A DNA stretch of 62,975 bases, counting the filler, from Choristocarpus tenellus KU-1152 (Eukaryota; Protista; Phaeophyceae), in NCBI GenBank assembly GCA_964200185.2. It is 9 parts of 9 records of this genome, joined end to end, with 100 filler letters (N's around TTAATTAATTAA, not from the genome) between each part and the next. Parts side by side here need not be neighbours in the genome. Positions count along the whole stretch, not along the records: positions 24,531 to 28,599 come from CAXNAD020016387.1; positions 28,700 to 50,153 come from CAXNAD020000341.1; 7 more parts are not named here. One strand, 5' to 3'. The notes beneath the pieces were generated by a model. The model was not told where the DNA came from. It worked only from the letters and a program-made list of their open reading frames with translations, and did no database searches. The position numbers were made by a program, and so were the translations under genes. Positions 24,604 to 36,546 of this stretch are shown here, piece by piece; the first letter of the stretch is position 1; each line of letters opens with the position of its first letter.

Positions 24604-25900
24604 TCACGTCGAACACCTTTGGTCTGCCGTTTTGTGTGAGTAACGATGGGAGATATGGGGCGTGTGTCGGTTGTGCAGCAGAATATGAGAGATCATCCGG
24701 GCATCCCTGTTAGTGATTAAATGGTTTTCTACAGTGGATGTGTTCGCCCGGGGAAGTTTTGTGTGTGACACACTGTTGAAGGTTGGGGGAAACGAACTTC
24801 CATACCTGTGGGCGGTGCCTTGAGTAAAGTTGTGAGCTGCGTGTATGTCGGTGCTGGGAGAGAAGCCCCCAGCGTCATCTGCAGCCGATGCGGAGGGACT
24901 CGCCTGTCGCTGCATGTCTCGCAAGAATTCCGTGCGTTTTGCTATGACAGACGAGTGAAAGTATCTTAGAGGGTAGGAGTTCTGCCCTGTTTGTTCATTT
25001 GGGGCTTGGACTCCCATGGGTTATTAATGGAATTTTAACTACTCCGAAATGTTTTGGGGTAGGTAAAATGTATATGTTATGAAAAGGTGTGTCTGGAACA
25101 AGGATATTGACACTTCCTAACAAACATGATAGCCAAAATTACATCAAACCTTCAAACATTGGATTTTGGTCGCCAAACGGACGCGGCTCTACCCTCTAAG
25201 ATGCTTTGACTCAGACAGAAGGGGTTGAAACGTGGATGTCACACTGTCATCGCCTATTTCGACATCAGGAGCGATGCCGCCGAGGAAGGATTTGTACACC
25301 TGGCAGGTATGCTCGGTGCTAAGATCTTTCTTTACACATTGGAGGAATGTGTAAACCTGGAGATCAGGTGTTGACTCACGTTGTTTCCGACCCAACACAA
25401 CTTGTAGCGCACTTGCCAACGATGCAAATCTGCTCTCCTCATCCAACAACCAAGAGGCAAGCTCGTTCCAAGTGTTGCCGCTTCTTTCCATCCCTTCTGA
25501 GCCATCGTGGTTGACAAAACATGGAGAGGAAGAGGTCCATTATCTGGTCCGCTTGGGATTTCTTCCACGAACGGGCGGCACTGGTCTTGGGCAGTCTCTT
25601 TAGTCCCCGTCTCCTGAGTGGGATCCAAAGGAGGTCACGCTGTAAGTTGGGTGGGTTGTTTCCTTTGACACTAGTGATCGATCCTTGTGATGCGAACATA
25701 GGTAATACTGCATTTTCTTCGGGGAAAGGTGCTCGCATAGTGTTTGGCCACGAAGTGCTCCACCGAAAACGGCCGTGGTGGATGACACCCCACTTTGAAA
25801 GCATGGAGAAGGGTGTGCTTGATGCATCAACTACCGAAACTGCCCCGATTTGATTCTCCTGAAAATGTGTGCGTCGCATACACGGCCAATCGTGAGCTTG
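24604..25900 (-). mobile_element. Degenerate gag-like retroelement ORF interrupted by a MITE
   Basis: Removing the MITE and one TSD fuses ORFs 25189-25491 and 24604-25017 in frame (TSTFQPLLS|VIAKRTEFLRDMQRQ). The gag identity is inferred from its general character only. Confidence 0.45.
24953..25212 (+). mobile_element. MITE family A, complete
   Basis: TIRs plus AGAC TSD (24949-24952 and 25213-25216). Confidence 0.9.
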
Positions 25901-26049
25901 TTCCAGACACACCTCTTCATAACGTATACATTTTACCTACTCCCAAACATTTCAGAGTAGGTAGAACATCATAAAAAAAACCCCGTGAAGCCAAGCACCA
26001 AATGGACAAACAGGGCAAAACCTCGTACCCTCCAAGATACTTTCACTCG
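25896..26049 (-). mobile_element. MITE family A, partial
   Basis: Ends ...CTCGTACCCTCCAAGATACTTTCACTC; the other end is missing. Confidence 0.8.
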
Positions 26050-26054
26050 ATACC

Positions 26055-26470
26055 TGTGTTATTAGATTCGATGTCCTGTTTTTATTTGTGCTCCCAACCT
26101 TGTACACACCACTTCTCCAAGGTGATGATATCCGTGTCTTTAGATTCGATGTCCTGTAATTTTTTGTGCTCCCAACTGTGTACACACACCACCTGTCAAT
26201 GATGGTGATTTCAGCATTTCTAGACTGGATGTCCTGTGATTATTTGCGTATCCAACCGTGTACACACCAACTGTTCATGGCGGTGATACCACCATTTTTA
26301 GATTGGATACCCTGTAAATTATTTGTGCTCCCAACTGTGTACACACCACCCGTCCATGGAGGTGATATCACCATTTTTATATTGGATGCCCTGTACTTAT
26401 TTGTGCTCCCAAACGTGTACACACCACCTGTGCATGGTGGTGATTCCAGCATTTTTTGATTCGATGCTCT
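26055..26470. repeat. Minisatellite, ~79-bp unit, about 5 copies
   Basis: TAGATT(C/G)GAT.(T/C)CCTGT...TTTGTGCTCCCAAC.GTGTACACACCAC recurs at ~26062, 26141, 26221, 26299, 26378 and partially at 26456. Confidence 0.9.
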
Positions 26471-27124
26471 ATGTTAGAGGGCACGAGTTATTCCCAGTGT
26501 GTCCTCTGGGGCTTGGCTGGCCACAAGGACTTTGTACTTATGCTCCAAAAAATGTTTTGGAGAAGTACAATGTCTACACTACGGCAAGGAGTGTTCGGAA
26601 TTTCGACATTTACATATAAAAAAAATATGGAGGGCAAGAATGACAGCAAGAAAGCAACACTTGAATTCGGTCGCAAAATGAATGCGGCCCCACCACTAAG
26701 AAATTTCGACCAGCACCCATGCTACCAACCCTAGCCCCGAGAAAAAAAAATCACCAACATTTTCTACACTTATCCAAATCCGCAATTTACAGATTTCACC
26801 TCGGATCAAAAATGTAATCGTAGAATAAATTGTAAAGCTCTAACACGAAAGGACTACAGCGAATTCGACCAAACCTTTTTCCGAAATTGGAACATGTGTT
26901 GCTGACACTTTTGTCGGGAGTAATCAGAAAACTGATCCGAAATAGAAGCAAGATTCCACGATGCAATTCCACGCACCAGGACATCCGTCCGTCCAGGATG
27001 ACGTGGTAACACCTTTGATACGCGCGTGTAAGGGCTCCGATACTATTGGAACATTTCCGATAAGTATTAAATCGGAAATGTTCCAATACATCCCCAAACC
27101 GTATTGCCGTGTTTCGGAATTTGA

Positions 27125-27680
27125 TGGCCTTTACCGTTCATCAGAACACATAAAATTCATTCATTATTATCAGCGTTGTGTCAAGCACAAACCCGCGCAT
27201 GATTGCACTCCCGACATCCATACCGAGTCAGTACGTAAATTCTTTTCATCTTCATCTATCACTCTCTCGGTTCGACGTGATGTTTATCTCCTCAGATTGT
27301 TACCTTTTGTGGACACACACACCCTCCACCGTCTCGCCGTGCTTTGGAAATTGATTGCATTTACCGTTCGACAGAACACATCAAATTCATTTATCACTTC
27401 CTGCCATATGTCAAGCACAGACCTATGCGCGGTTACCCTCCATACATCTAACCCAGGTTGGCGCGTACATCGCTTTCATGTTCACCTTTCACTTTCGAGA
27501 TTCGACGTAATGTGTTCCTGCTCAGGAGTATAATTTCAAATCTACACACACACACCCCAACAGTATTGCCGCTCCTTGGATATTGATTGTGTACACAGTT
27601 CGACAGAACACATGAAATGCACTCGTTATTGCCTGCCCTATGTCAAGCGCAAACCTGTGCATGATTGCCCCCGCTATATG
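27125..27680. repeat. Diverged tandem repeat, ~230-bp unit, about 2.3 copies
   Basis: (TTACC)GTTC..CAGAACACAT.AAAT.CA...TGTCAAGC.CA.ACC recurs at ~27131, 27361 and 27595. Confidence 0.7.
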
Positions 27681-28699
27681 TGACCTTGATCTGCGCATAA
27701 ATTCCTACCAGGCTGCATCCGATAATGATGCGTATTATTCGTATTCATATTCATCCCAAGTCGACCGCGTTAACAGTTTCACATTTCTTAGTAAATTGCG
27801 ACCTTGCAGGAAAGCGTTACTCCGTCCCCATTTCCGCACAATTGCTACGCTCTTTTCATATCGTCTTTGCATAGCCCACCCATGGACACAAACCCTGCAC
27901 TCCGTACAGATCCTGTCATCATTAATCACATAGTCCACCACTGTTCATATAAAGACACCCTTCATGCGCTCGGCTAACCATCACATCCACCCCTACGTGG
28001 ACATCGTTGATATTTGCTGATACCATTGTCTCAACTTTTTCCCCTCTATCTTCACAGACAGCCACAGGCCCAAAAGGCAGTGAAGACCAACCAAAAGACC
28101 ACGGACCTCATAACGTCCAACCTCAGCACAACCTGCATGATGGACCTTGCCACGTCTGCCTACTTGACACAGAGGTACAACGCAAACCTCCTAGACACCG
28201 GTAGATTGGAGTCTGTGTTCTCCAAGCTAGGGCCGGACCCAGTTGTCGCTGGCAATAGGCTCGCCGGGATCCTGAGTGGGCAGCCTTTTTCCTTGTGCTA
28301 CAGATGGAAGACGATTAGCGATATCAAAGCCAACATGCACAGAGCGAATGTGCCCTCTAGTGTGCCTGATGGCGAACTACTCGCAACCTACATCGCCAAC
28401 GGCAACCTGGACGTAGACGAGATGGCGACGAGAGGGATAGAGATGATGACGACAACCTCTTATTTTGCCTGAATGGCAACACCGCATAATGGTGCTGAGG
28501 ACAATCCATGGCGTCGCGCACGAGGATAATGTCCCAGGTGGCATTAACCTCCCAGCCCATGTCACAACACGATGGGCCTCGGATGTTGGAGTGAACCTCN
28601 NNNNNNNNNNNNNNNNNNNNNNNNNNNNNNNNNNNNNNNNNNNTTAATTAATTAANNNNNNNNNNNNNNNNNNNNNNNNNNNNNNNNNNNNNNNNNNNN

Positions 28700-28862
28700 A
28701 AGCCAAGCCCAAATGGACAAACAGGGCAAAACTTGTACTCTCTAAGATACTTTCACTCCTAAACATTTTGGAGTAGGAAAATGTCATAGAACAACCCATG
28801 GGAAGCCAATCCCCAAATGAACAAAAAGGGCAAAACTCGTACCCTCTAAGATACTTTCACTC
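28700..28862 (-). mobile_element. Two tandem partial MITE family A ends
   Basis: ...CTCTAAGATACTTTCACTC ends at ~28758 and ~28862. Confidence 0.8.
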
Positions 28863-28873
28863 ACTACCTAATC

Positions 28874-29350
28874 ATGAAATACTGCATCCATAGGGAAATT
28901 CCGATGAAAAGTGAAGGGACTCTCATCCTTCAGGGTACCCATCTTCCTACAGATGCTTCCCAGTTACCTGATCGTAGACATGTACTGCTGCACTTGCTCT
29001 CCAGCTCTGAGGCATGTGCCAAGTATCCATACCATGTCTTCCGCATCCAGCAGCTGTGGTGGGACAGGGCCTTCGCTACCCCAAAGATCTGGTAGCTGCG
29101 AGGCGGAATTCTGGGGAAAGGATTCGCCTTGCTAGCTCGAGTGGTTCCCCACACATCGACCCCTTGACCACACTGGCTTCTGATGAAATGCTAAGCCCAT
29201 TGTGTATTTCCTTACAGGACTTGGATCTGCAGCGGTTTACTAGTGTACTAACAAACGCTACTCTCGTGGGATCGAATCTCTCGCCATGGTTACACATCCG
29301 TCAAAAGGCTTAACACGCCGCCAGGATACACAACCTCACACAACCTCACG
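28874..29350 (+). mobile_element. 3' end of a non-LTR retrotransposon (CRE-like), degenerate
   Basis: Ends GTTACACATCCGTCAAAAGGCTTAACACGCCGCCAGGATAC(ACAACCTCAC)2, nearly identical to 31857-31910. Confidence 0.55.
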
Positions 29351-30616
29351 TAGTGGGGGCTAGACCAGAACTTTATGCGCCTTGGGTGCAACATAGCTCA
29401 GGATGCCCACGAAGTCAAGTTTGAAGGCATCTCAGGAGGAGTCGTTGCCCGTGAATATAGGGAATTTCAATGTGCGTTCAATAACGAGGTTGTGAAGTTA
29501 TCTAGTGAGGTATGGTAGGGAAGTGGGGGCAGTACAAGGCAAGGTCGGGAGAATTGGGTGTAGTATGTGTCGATCAAGTGTTGAGGCTCATAACTTGTTG
29601 AAACCTGAATCGAATGCATCGTACATGTAGACAAAATGCATAGACTACTAGCGATGAGGAATCATGGTGTTGCAAAGCACCATTGAGTAAAATGCGTAGT
29701 CTGTGTTTTGGATAGATGTGATTGTGCTGCAAAGCACCTGTGTATTTATTCTGTTGTAACCTAGGTCATTCATCTCTCAGTCAAGAATGATGCGATGTGA
29801 ATTCAGTCTTCTTGTTTGCTCAATCCAGAATGATGTCATGTTAATTCAGTGTTCTTTCGTGAGATACCCAACGAAAGAAGTCCATGCTCTGTGGGGAGGC
29901 TTGTCACCTTGGCCGGCAAGGGTTTCTTCGGATGTTTTTAACTCTGATTATATTACATCCAGATGTGTAACTGGTGCACTGTTTGCAGAGAGAGGTTGGT
30001 GTATTGTGAGAGATGAATGGCAGCCACGAAAGAAATAATAATCAACAATCAACGTACAACTGTCATCTTCAGCAGATAAGAAGAAAGAGTGAAAGAAAAA
30101 CAAACAACAGAACAACAGAACAACAGAACAAACTTGAACCAATATGTGATGCAACTCAAGTGACGTATACTGTTCCTGCATGTGGGATGCATAGCGACTG
30201 TTCTGCACTACAGTGTTCTGATAGTAATTGATGTAATGTGACCAGCCCGAGTGGAAAAAAAACGACCTGACCGACCGTTCCAATACGGCCTAGTCCATTG
30301 CCATCGCTTATGTGGTGATGAACTTGTGACAGTAACGTCCAGAGCGTAACAGACCAATCAACAGTCAGTGTTGACTGGTGGAACTGTATCCTATCAACGA
30401 ACAAGCAGAGGAGTAGCCTGTGTTTTAACAGCATGAGTGTGGTGAATGGGTCTTGAACCTAGGCAGGAAAGAATGCACTCAACACCCTGAATCAGTGCCT
30501 TCATTGAGACCCTCACCAGAAATCCTCCCAGGTCTATACCCGTATGTGGCAAAAGGTCTATGAGGATTCACCAGATCCACTATTCCTTTAGATGAAGGAA
30601 GGTTAAAAGTTGTACG

Positions 30617-30785
30617 GAGTCAAAGTAAACGAGAGGTACCCAGAGGTGCATTTTGAGAACGCTGAAAAATATTTGCAAATTCGACTTTTATTGCAAATAC
30701 ATATAGGTGAATTGCACAAGATTTTTTTTTTATGTTTTAAATGAAAAACCGCCAAAACCTGGGGATCTTTTGCTTACTTTGACCC
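30617..30785. mobile_element. MITE family C (~170 bp)
   Basis: GAGTCAAAGTAAACGAGAGGTACCCAG ... CCTGGGGATCTTTTGCTTACTTTGACCC imperfect TIRs; no matching TSD seen. Confidence 0.7.
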
Positions 30786-30829
30786 ACAGCCCAGGTTGGG
30801 ATCTTAAAAAGATGACTTACTAGTCCCAC

Positions 30830-31910
30830 TTGTGTTCTGTCTCATCACCTCTAAGGTGTTACAAAAACCTCCTAGATAATTTTTGGCCCCTAGGGGACTT
30901 TATCAAGCAGCTATCTGGACAACTCCTCCCTTTCCACCTGCAGAATCAGTTCTACCACAGTAAGATTGTTCCAACAACTCAAGACCGGATCTGTCGGGGG
31001 TGGGAATCCTTCTCCATATACTTAAGAAGTATGTCTCTAACTCAGGGTCACCACCCTTTGGATATGAGAACTAAATCTCCTGGCCATGATGGGAATCAAC
31101 CGTGCCCTAGACGCTGATGGCTTTATCCTCCTTGGTGCTCCTATAGGTACTGTACCTTTGTCCAAGCCCATATATATGGCTGGAGCGCCGGAGAGGACAG
31201 GGTCATGGAATCTAACCATACAACCCAGAAAATAGAGGATAAACAAGCGGTATGACTCTCCCCAACTAGGCAGTGTGGTGAAGGTCACCACATCATGGCT
31301 AGTAAATTACCCGATAGCACATTCTATAAAGCAGCAGATGGACAACTTTTTTTTGTGGGCACCTGAGTGGATCATGAAAGTGGAAGACTCAACTGACGAA
31401 AACGTTTTCTAGGGAGGGTGTGCAATTAGGTATCTTCCTTTGGAGACACACCAACAGGTCCAAGCCCAGATGCCAACTAGTGCAGATGGTTTTGGCCTGT
31501 CCTCCATGATCCATCTCCAACATCCTCCCCACCCACCTAGCCAGATAGCAAGGTCCCTGGTAATAAATTTGTTGAGTCATCCGCTCCAGTGTTACCATAC
31601 AGGCCATGGGATTACCAATCCACACGATCCTATTTGCTGGAGTCCTCACTAAGAACCTGGCTGCGATTATTAACCAAAGCTGGCTGAGTAGACTGGGGTG
31701 GTATAACCTCTCCAGTACAATCTTCCTATGTCCACACATTGGCAAGCTCGCGGTGCAAGAAGGACGTGAAGATGGGCCTAGTACAAGATCACCCGTCTTG
31801 TCAATCAGGTCCGCTTCGGTATCCTTCTATTGCAACACAGGAAACCTCCCTGCGGTGTTACACAACCGTCAAAAGGATTAACACGCCGCCATGATACACA
31901 ACCTCACATT
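30830..31910 (+). mobile_element. Degenerate CRE-like non-LTR retrotransposon (RT C-terminal half to 3' tail)
   Basis: DGFILLGAPIGT (~31117) and QVQAQMPTSADGFGLSS (~31460) match CRE-clade RT motifs (G.xxLGAPIG; QAxLPxxxGGLGL); 3' tail shared with 29288-29350. Confidence 0.65.
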
Positions 31911-32152
31911 AGTAACTGCCACGCCGAAGTTGGTCACTGATTAGAGGGATGGCAACCCTCGGGCGAAACCTCATCATCAAGTCTAATAGCTTACGATCCC
32001 TGGGATTAGCTTTTGTTAGCTGACTACCTGCTCGGTAGACACAGGGGTTTACTAGTGTTATAACACATGCCATAGGTGGATGTCCGGTACGGCTTGTTCC
32101 ACAATGTTTCGAAAACTAATACCAACACGACCTATGTTTGTCACAGGCGATG

Positions 32153-32255
32153 AGAGTGAAAGTATTTTGGAGAGTCCAAGTTTTGCCCTGTTTCTCCGTT
32201 GTTTAGGGCTTGACTTCCCACGTTTTTTTAAATGGCATTTTCCTACTCCAAAACA
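32153..32255 (+). mobile_element. MITE family A, diverged 5' half
   Basis: GAGTGAAAGTATTTTGGAGAGT...TTTTGCCCTGTTT...TTTTCCTACTCCAAAACATT. Confidence 0.65.
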
Positions 32256-33466
32256 TTATCACGCCAGGCAGAGGGGGGTGTACACGTTCGTTACAATCTT
32301 CTACGCCTTAGTCCACCTTAAACCATATCGAAGTGTTTGCACTTGGGAATGTCTTCGGAATGGTCTTCTTCCCAGTCCCCAAATTTGTCTGAACCAACAC
32401 TTCTTTCGTAAGAGTCGGGGGGTCAAGGCTGGGACTTCCTCTCCTAACCACTTCAAGAATCCAGGCCCCGCCACATCCTTGTATGTTTGCGTTGTTAAGG
32501 CATGTCTCTCATTCCGTGAAACTGTGGTTCCGCATTCCTTCACGGACCTCGCCGCATAGGCGATGGGAACGGCTTGGTACGACTTCAAATGAGGGACCGT
32601 CATCTGTGAACAGCATGAGAGCACAGCACTCAACTCGAAGCCTAGACCCGTAACTGCATCCTCATAAGCCATGATTCAGTGCTTAAGAATTTTGTATCGG
32701 TATTGGCTATCCATAGATGTAACGGTGGAATGTTGTGATGGTAATAATGAGACGTTTTGTACAATAAATGGCGTTCCCATGGTCAAAATAATATATATAT
32801 ATATATAGATGTGATATTTGATAGTGGTGAAGTAACTGATTAGTGGTTTCCACGCAATGTCTTATAGTATTCTTATGTTTAGGACATTTTATATACACAT
32901 ATGTATATATTGCTTCATTATACAGTATCAGATATGACAAGAGCCGTAAAGTTGTAGCACAAGGACTGAAGTCTCTCCCGGCTGAAGCCGAGGTTTTTAA
33001 CCAAAAAGGGGACTATAAATTAGTATCATTTTAAACCACCTTAGCATGTACACTTATAATACATCACGTTGAATGCCTTTGCATAATCTCTATATAGTTT
33101 TCATTGGTTTCCCCCTGACACATCTGCAAAATGTCAGAGGGCATAATAATATAATATATATATAGTACAACTCCCACAACCGTCCTGTTCTCTTTTTCCC
33201 ATCAGGATCTTCAATGAAAAGCAAACCAAACGGCAAAAAAAAATCCTTCATATATAAAGAGTTGTAGTTAATGAAGATGTGAAAAAAATCTTGTTTCTTC
33301 ATTAGGACTACAAAAAGTTATGTTACATTTAATTCCAAATCTAAGAAGTACATCACGACACCTTTGACATGACACCTTATTTTCGAACGCTATTGTTGAT
33401 CAACCAACAAAGGCACAGGAATTCCCACACACACTATTGTACCCATACTTTACTGCATACCTTCAG

Positions 33467-36400
33467 ATGAAGGTACCCGATGTGATTGTTTTATGGGTGG
33501 CAGCATTGCTATCGAAGCCACCTGCAGTAGTCAAAGCATTCGTGCCACCCCGCCCCGTCGTGTCTAGACCGCATCGCATTTTTGGGGTCAACACGGAACG
33601 CACGAACCAGGAGGTTAAGGACCTTCCAGATTCGCAAGACCTTGCCGGCGTTGTGAGCAAGTACCCCCGTCTACTGGAAAAAGTCAAAGACAACATAATG
33701 GAGGGAAATGCGGGCGAGCGGGGAGAAGAGTTCGCACTTGCCCAGGGAGCTATCTTGCTCTGTCTTACCATTGGAAGCGTACGTAATCTTCCCTCGCTTT
33801 GTTTGCCAGGGAATAAACATAGGAACCAAAGCCCAGGCCCCACCCATCAGACACTAGGCAATGCTATCATTGGTATAATTGAGAATTCTGTTGTCTATTG
33901 ATACCAACATCGTATTTCCTTCCCTTCTCTCATTTGATGTATACACCACGCCATGGCTGAATTGCTCTACACTTTCTTACCCCTTGTGTCACGAGTAGGT
34001 GCCTCTGGTGGGCAATATTTTGGAGTTTATCGCTGGTCCAGGGATGATGGCGGGCGGTATTGGCTTAGGTGCAGCTGGACTGGTGGGGCTCGGAGGGAGT
34101 TTGTCACCATGGCCAGCCCCAGTGGATGATAACGAACTTCAGAAGTCTGGGGCCTTTGGATTGATGCGGCACCCAACCTACACGGGTGAGTTAAGAATCC
34201 GATACCTGTTACGGGTGGATTGCGTTCTTGTTGTTTGCCTTAGCTGCTGTGCTAACCTTACAGGTGCTTCTTCTGGCAACAGTACTCTGATTTACTCTAC
34301 TAGCGATTGGTCGAGTCACCCAGTCATGTACCATACTTCCGTCGTTGCTCCCAACCTCTTTCTCGATGTGTGCCTCAATATGTGAGACTTTCAACGGTAT
34401 GACAAGGGTTAGAGGGGTGTGGGAGGGAACATGTCCGCCACAGATTTGGTGAAAGTTGGAAAACTCCATTAAGAAAAATGCCCCTTCAGTGGGTCATGTT
34501 GTGCGGAAAGATCCGCAATTTAGTGAAGGCTCAAGGGTAGAGTATGAAGCGAAATCAAGTGTTTCTATTAAAGAATAAACTACAGAACGTTACATTCCTG
34601 TGTTAATCCTTTGGTGATACTATAGTACAGTTTCAAATTTGACCAGACGTCAAATATGGTTGAAATACTTTTGTGCCAATGGAACAGACACACATGAGGA
34701 TGATAACAATCAGCATTGGCTTAGATGCAGCTATGTATGACATTATTTGTCATCAGCACTCATGGGACCTTGGGCATTGTTGAATATCGTGATCACTCCA
34801 TATATACACATATATGTACATCAAGACACATCTTAAGTGAGCTTTCCTCACGTAAATGCCACGAGCCTGCTAGGAAACTGTAAAAAAGTTTTCACAAAAC
34901 TTGGCACTTTTTTACATTTATAGCATGTGGGAATCTGTCACGCATGCATGGGCCTTTCACATGCAATTCAGACATGATTGCATATGTACACCTTAGTATG
35001 GTATTGGTAGGAATGAGGAGGGTTCATTCAATACTAGTACTACAATCTGTACAAAATCGTAACAAGACTGTGAAGCAGGTACCCATCGCCACCTAATAGA
35101 GAGATGTAGCAACTGATACAGCTATCTATCAACCAATTCCTGACCAATTCATCAGTAAGAAAAAACGTGAAGAGTCATAACATCAACAGGCATTCGTGCA
35201 GCAATCCACTGCTGGTACTGTGACCCTACTCCACACCTTGGAATTTGATTGATTACCAGGCCTGATAATGTTTGCACTAGGACTGGGTGTTGCTACGGAC
35301 TCTCCTTCGCGTATTCTATTGACAGCGCTTCTTTGGTGAGTGGCGCATGTCTAAATGATTGCAGGGAGCATAGTGGAGAAAATTAGTGAAGGGGGGGGGG
35401 AACATATTGTCTGAAAAACATTTTTCCAACCTCTTCAGCTGAAGTTGAAAGTGCAATTATTATTTGAAGTAAATACTGCACTAGATTGTTCGAAGTACAT
35501 GCTAAAGCACAGCGTTTTGGAGGTCCCAATACCTTTTTTATGCTCAGATTTTTACACTATCAGCACTAGAAGGGGCACTCACAACAACAGCTATTCCCAT
35601 CATTCTTGTTGCATCTGGAAGTATCTTTGCCACCGTTCCCCAATCTCATTCCTCATCGACCTGGATGTGTGTTGGGCGTATGGTGACCTTGCCTTGGACC
35701 TCATGCCAATGAATCCAGTAGTCACTTGTGTTATTTAGCTTAAACCTGGTGCAGTTGAGGATCTGTGGTGTGATCTATCCTCTGCAGTGCAGCTAAGTTT
35801 GCTATGATGCCAAAAGGCTGAATGCATTGTCTTCTCAAAGTCTCACCGCTTTGAATTGACCATGATATGTTGTGCATTGGTTGTTATGCTTCCATGTTGG
35901 AGCATGAAAGTGTACTAGTATAAGCTCTGCTTACAGATTTTTCATTCGGCAGGTTCCCAAAACAAGCTTCAAGGGAAGCATTCTTATGATAGATTAATCG
36001 CGTTCCCTCTTCCATGTGACATATTGAAGGTGGTTTAGGATTGTTGAGAGTTTAAGAAGGGCTACCCTGAACTACTCACACCTCGTACCTCATGTATGTG
36101 TGCACTCAAGGAGACTCTCTAAAGAGGAAAGATTCCCTTGCTAACCATGACCAAACGTTACTGTGAATAAGAGAAGTATAGTAGAATGTGATGTATTGAG
36201 ATTAAGGGACTTAGACGGACAAAAACATTATGTTGACTCAATGTGTATGTAGGTATCCTATTGATTCAAATGTTGATTTTCATACATAACCCCAACCTCA
36301 TCAATCTTGGCACTCACTATATGTCCATATATCCTGTCCTAACGTACATAGCTCAGTAGTTTGAATTACACTTCGGTGCAGTATATACTGCACTTTCAAG

Positions 36401-36546
36401 TATTTGTCAATTGCTGTACATATTTCTACAGTTATGTGCTGGACAAGAAGGCCATCAAAGAGGAGGCTATGCTCGTGGAGAAGCATGGTGTAGCCTACCA
36501 AGACTACCAGAAGGCCGTGGCAAAGTTTGTCCCTAGAGTATACTGA
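33467..36546 (+). CDS. Isoprenylcysteine carboxyl / phospholipid methyltransferase (ICMT/PEMT) family membrane protein, probably plastid-targeted; exons 33467-33778, 33999-34185, 35260-35335, 36432-36546
   Basis: Four GT-AG exons join with consistent phases. Motifs LGGSLSPWPAP...L..SGAFGLMRHPTYTG and KA.KEE..L...HG.AY..Y...V.KFVP; N-terminal hydrophobic stretch followed by KAF-VP (ASAFAP-like). Confidence 0.9.

Noticed and set aside
26055-26470. Regularly spaced repeats resembling a CRISPR array
   Set aside because: Whole units are homologous with no unique spacers, no cas genes are present and the context is eukaryotic; it is a minisatellite.
32301-32672. 123-aa ATG-initiated ORF divergent from the methyltransferase gene
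   Set aside because: No recognisable domain or splice support, and it abuts TE debris; I cannot support it as a gene.
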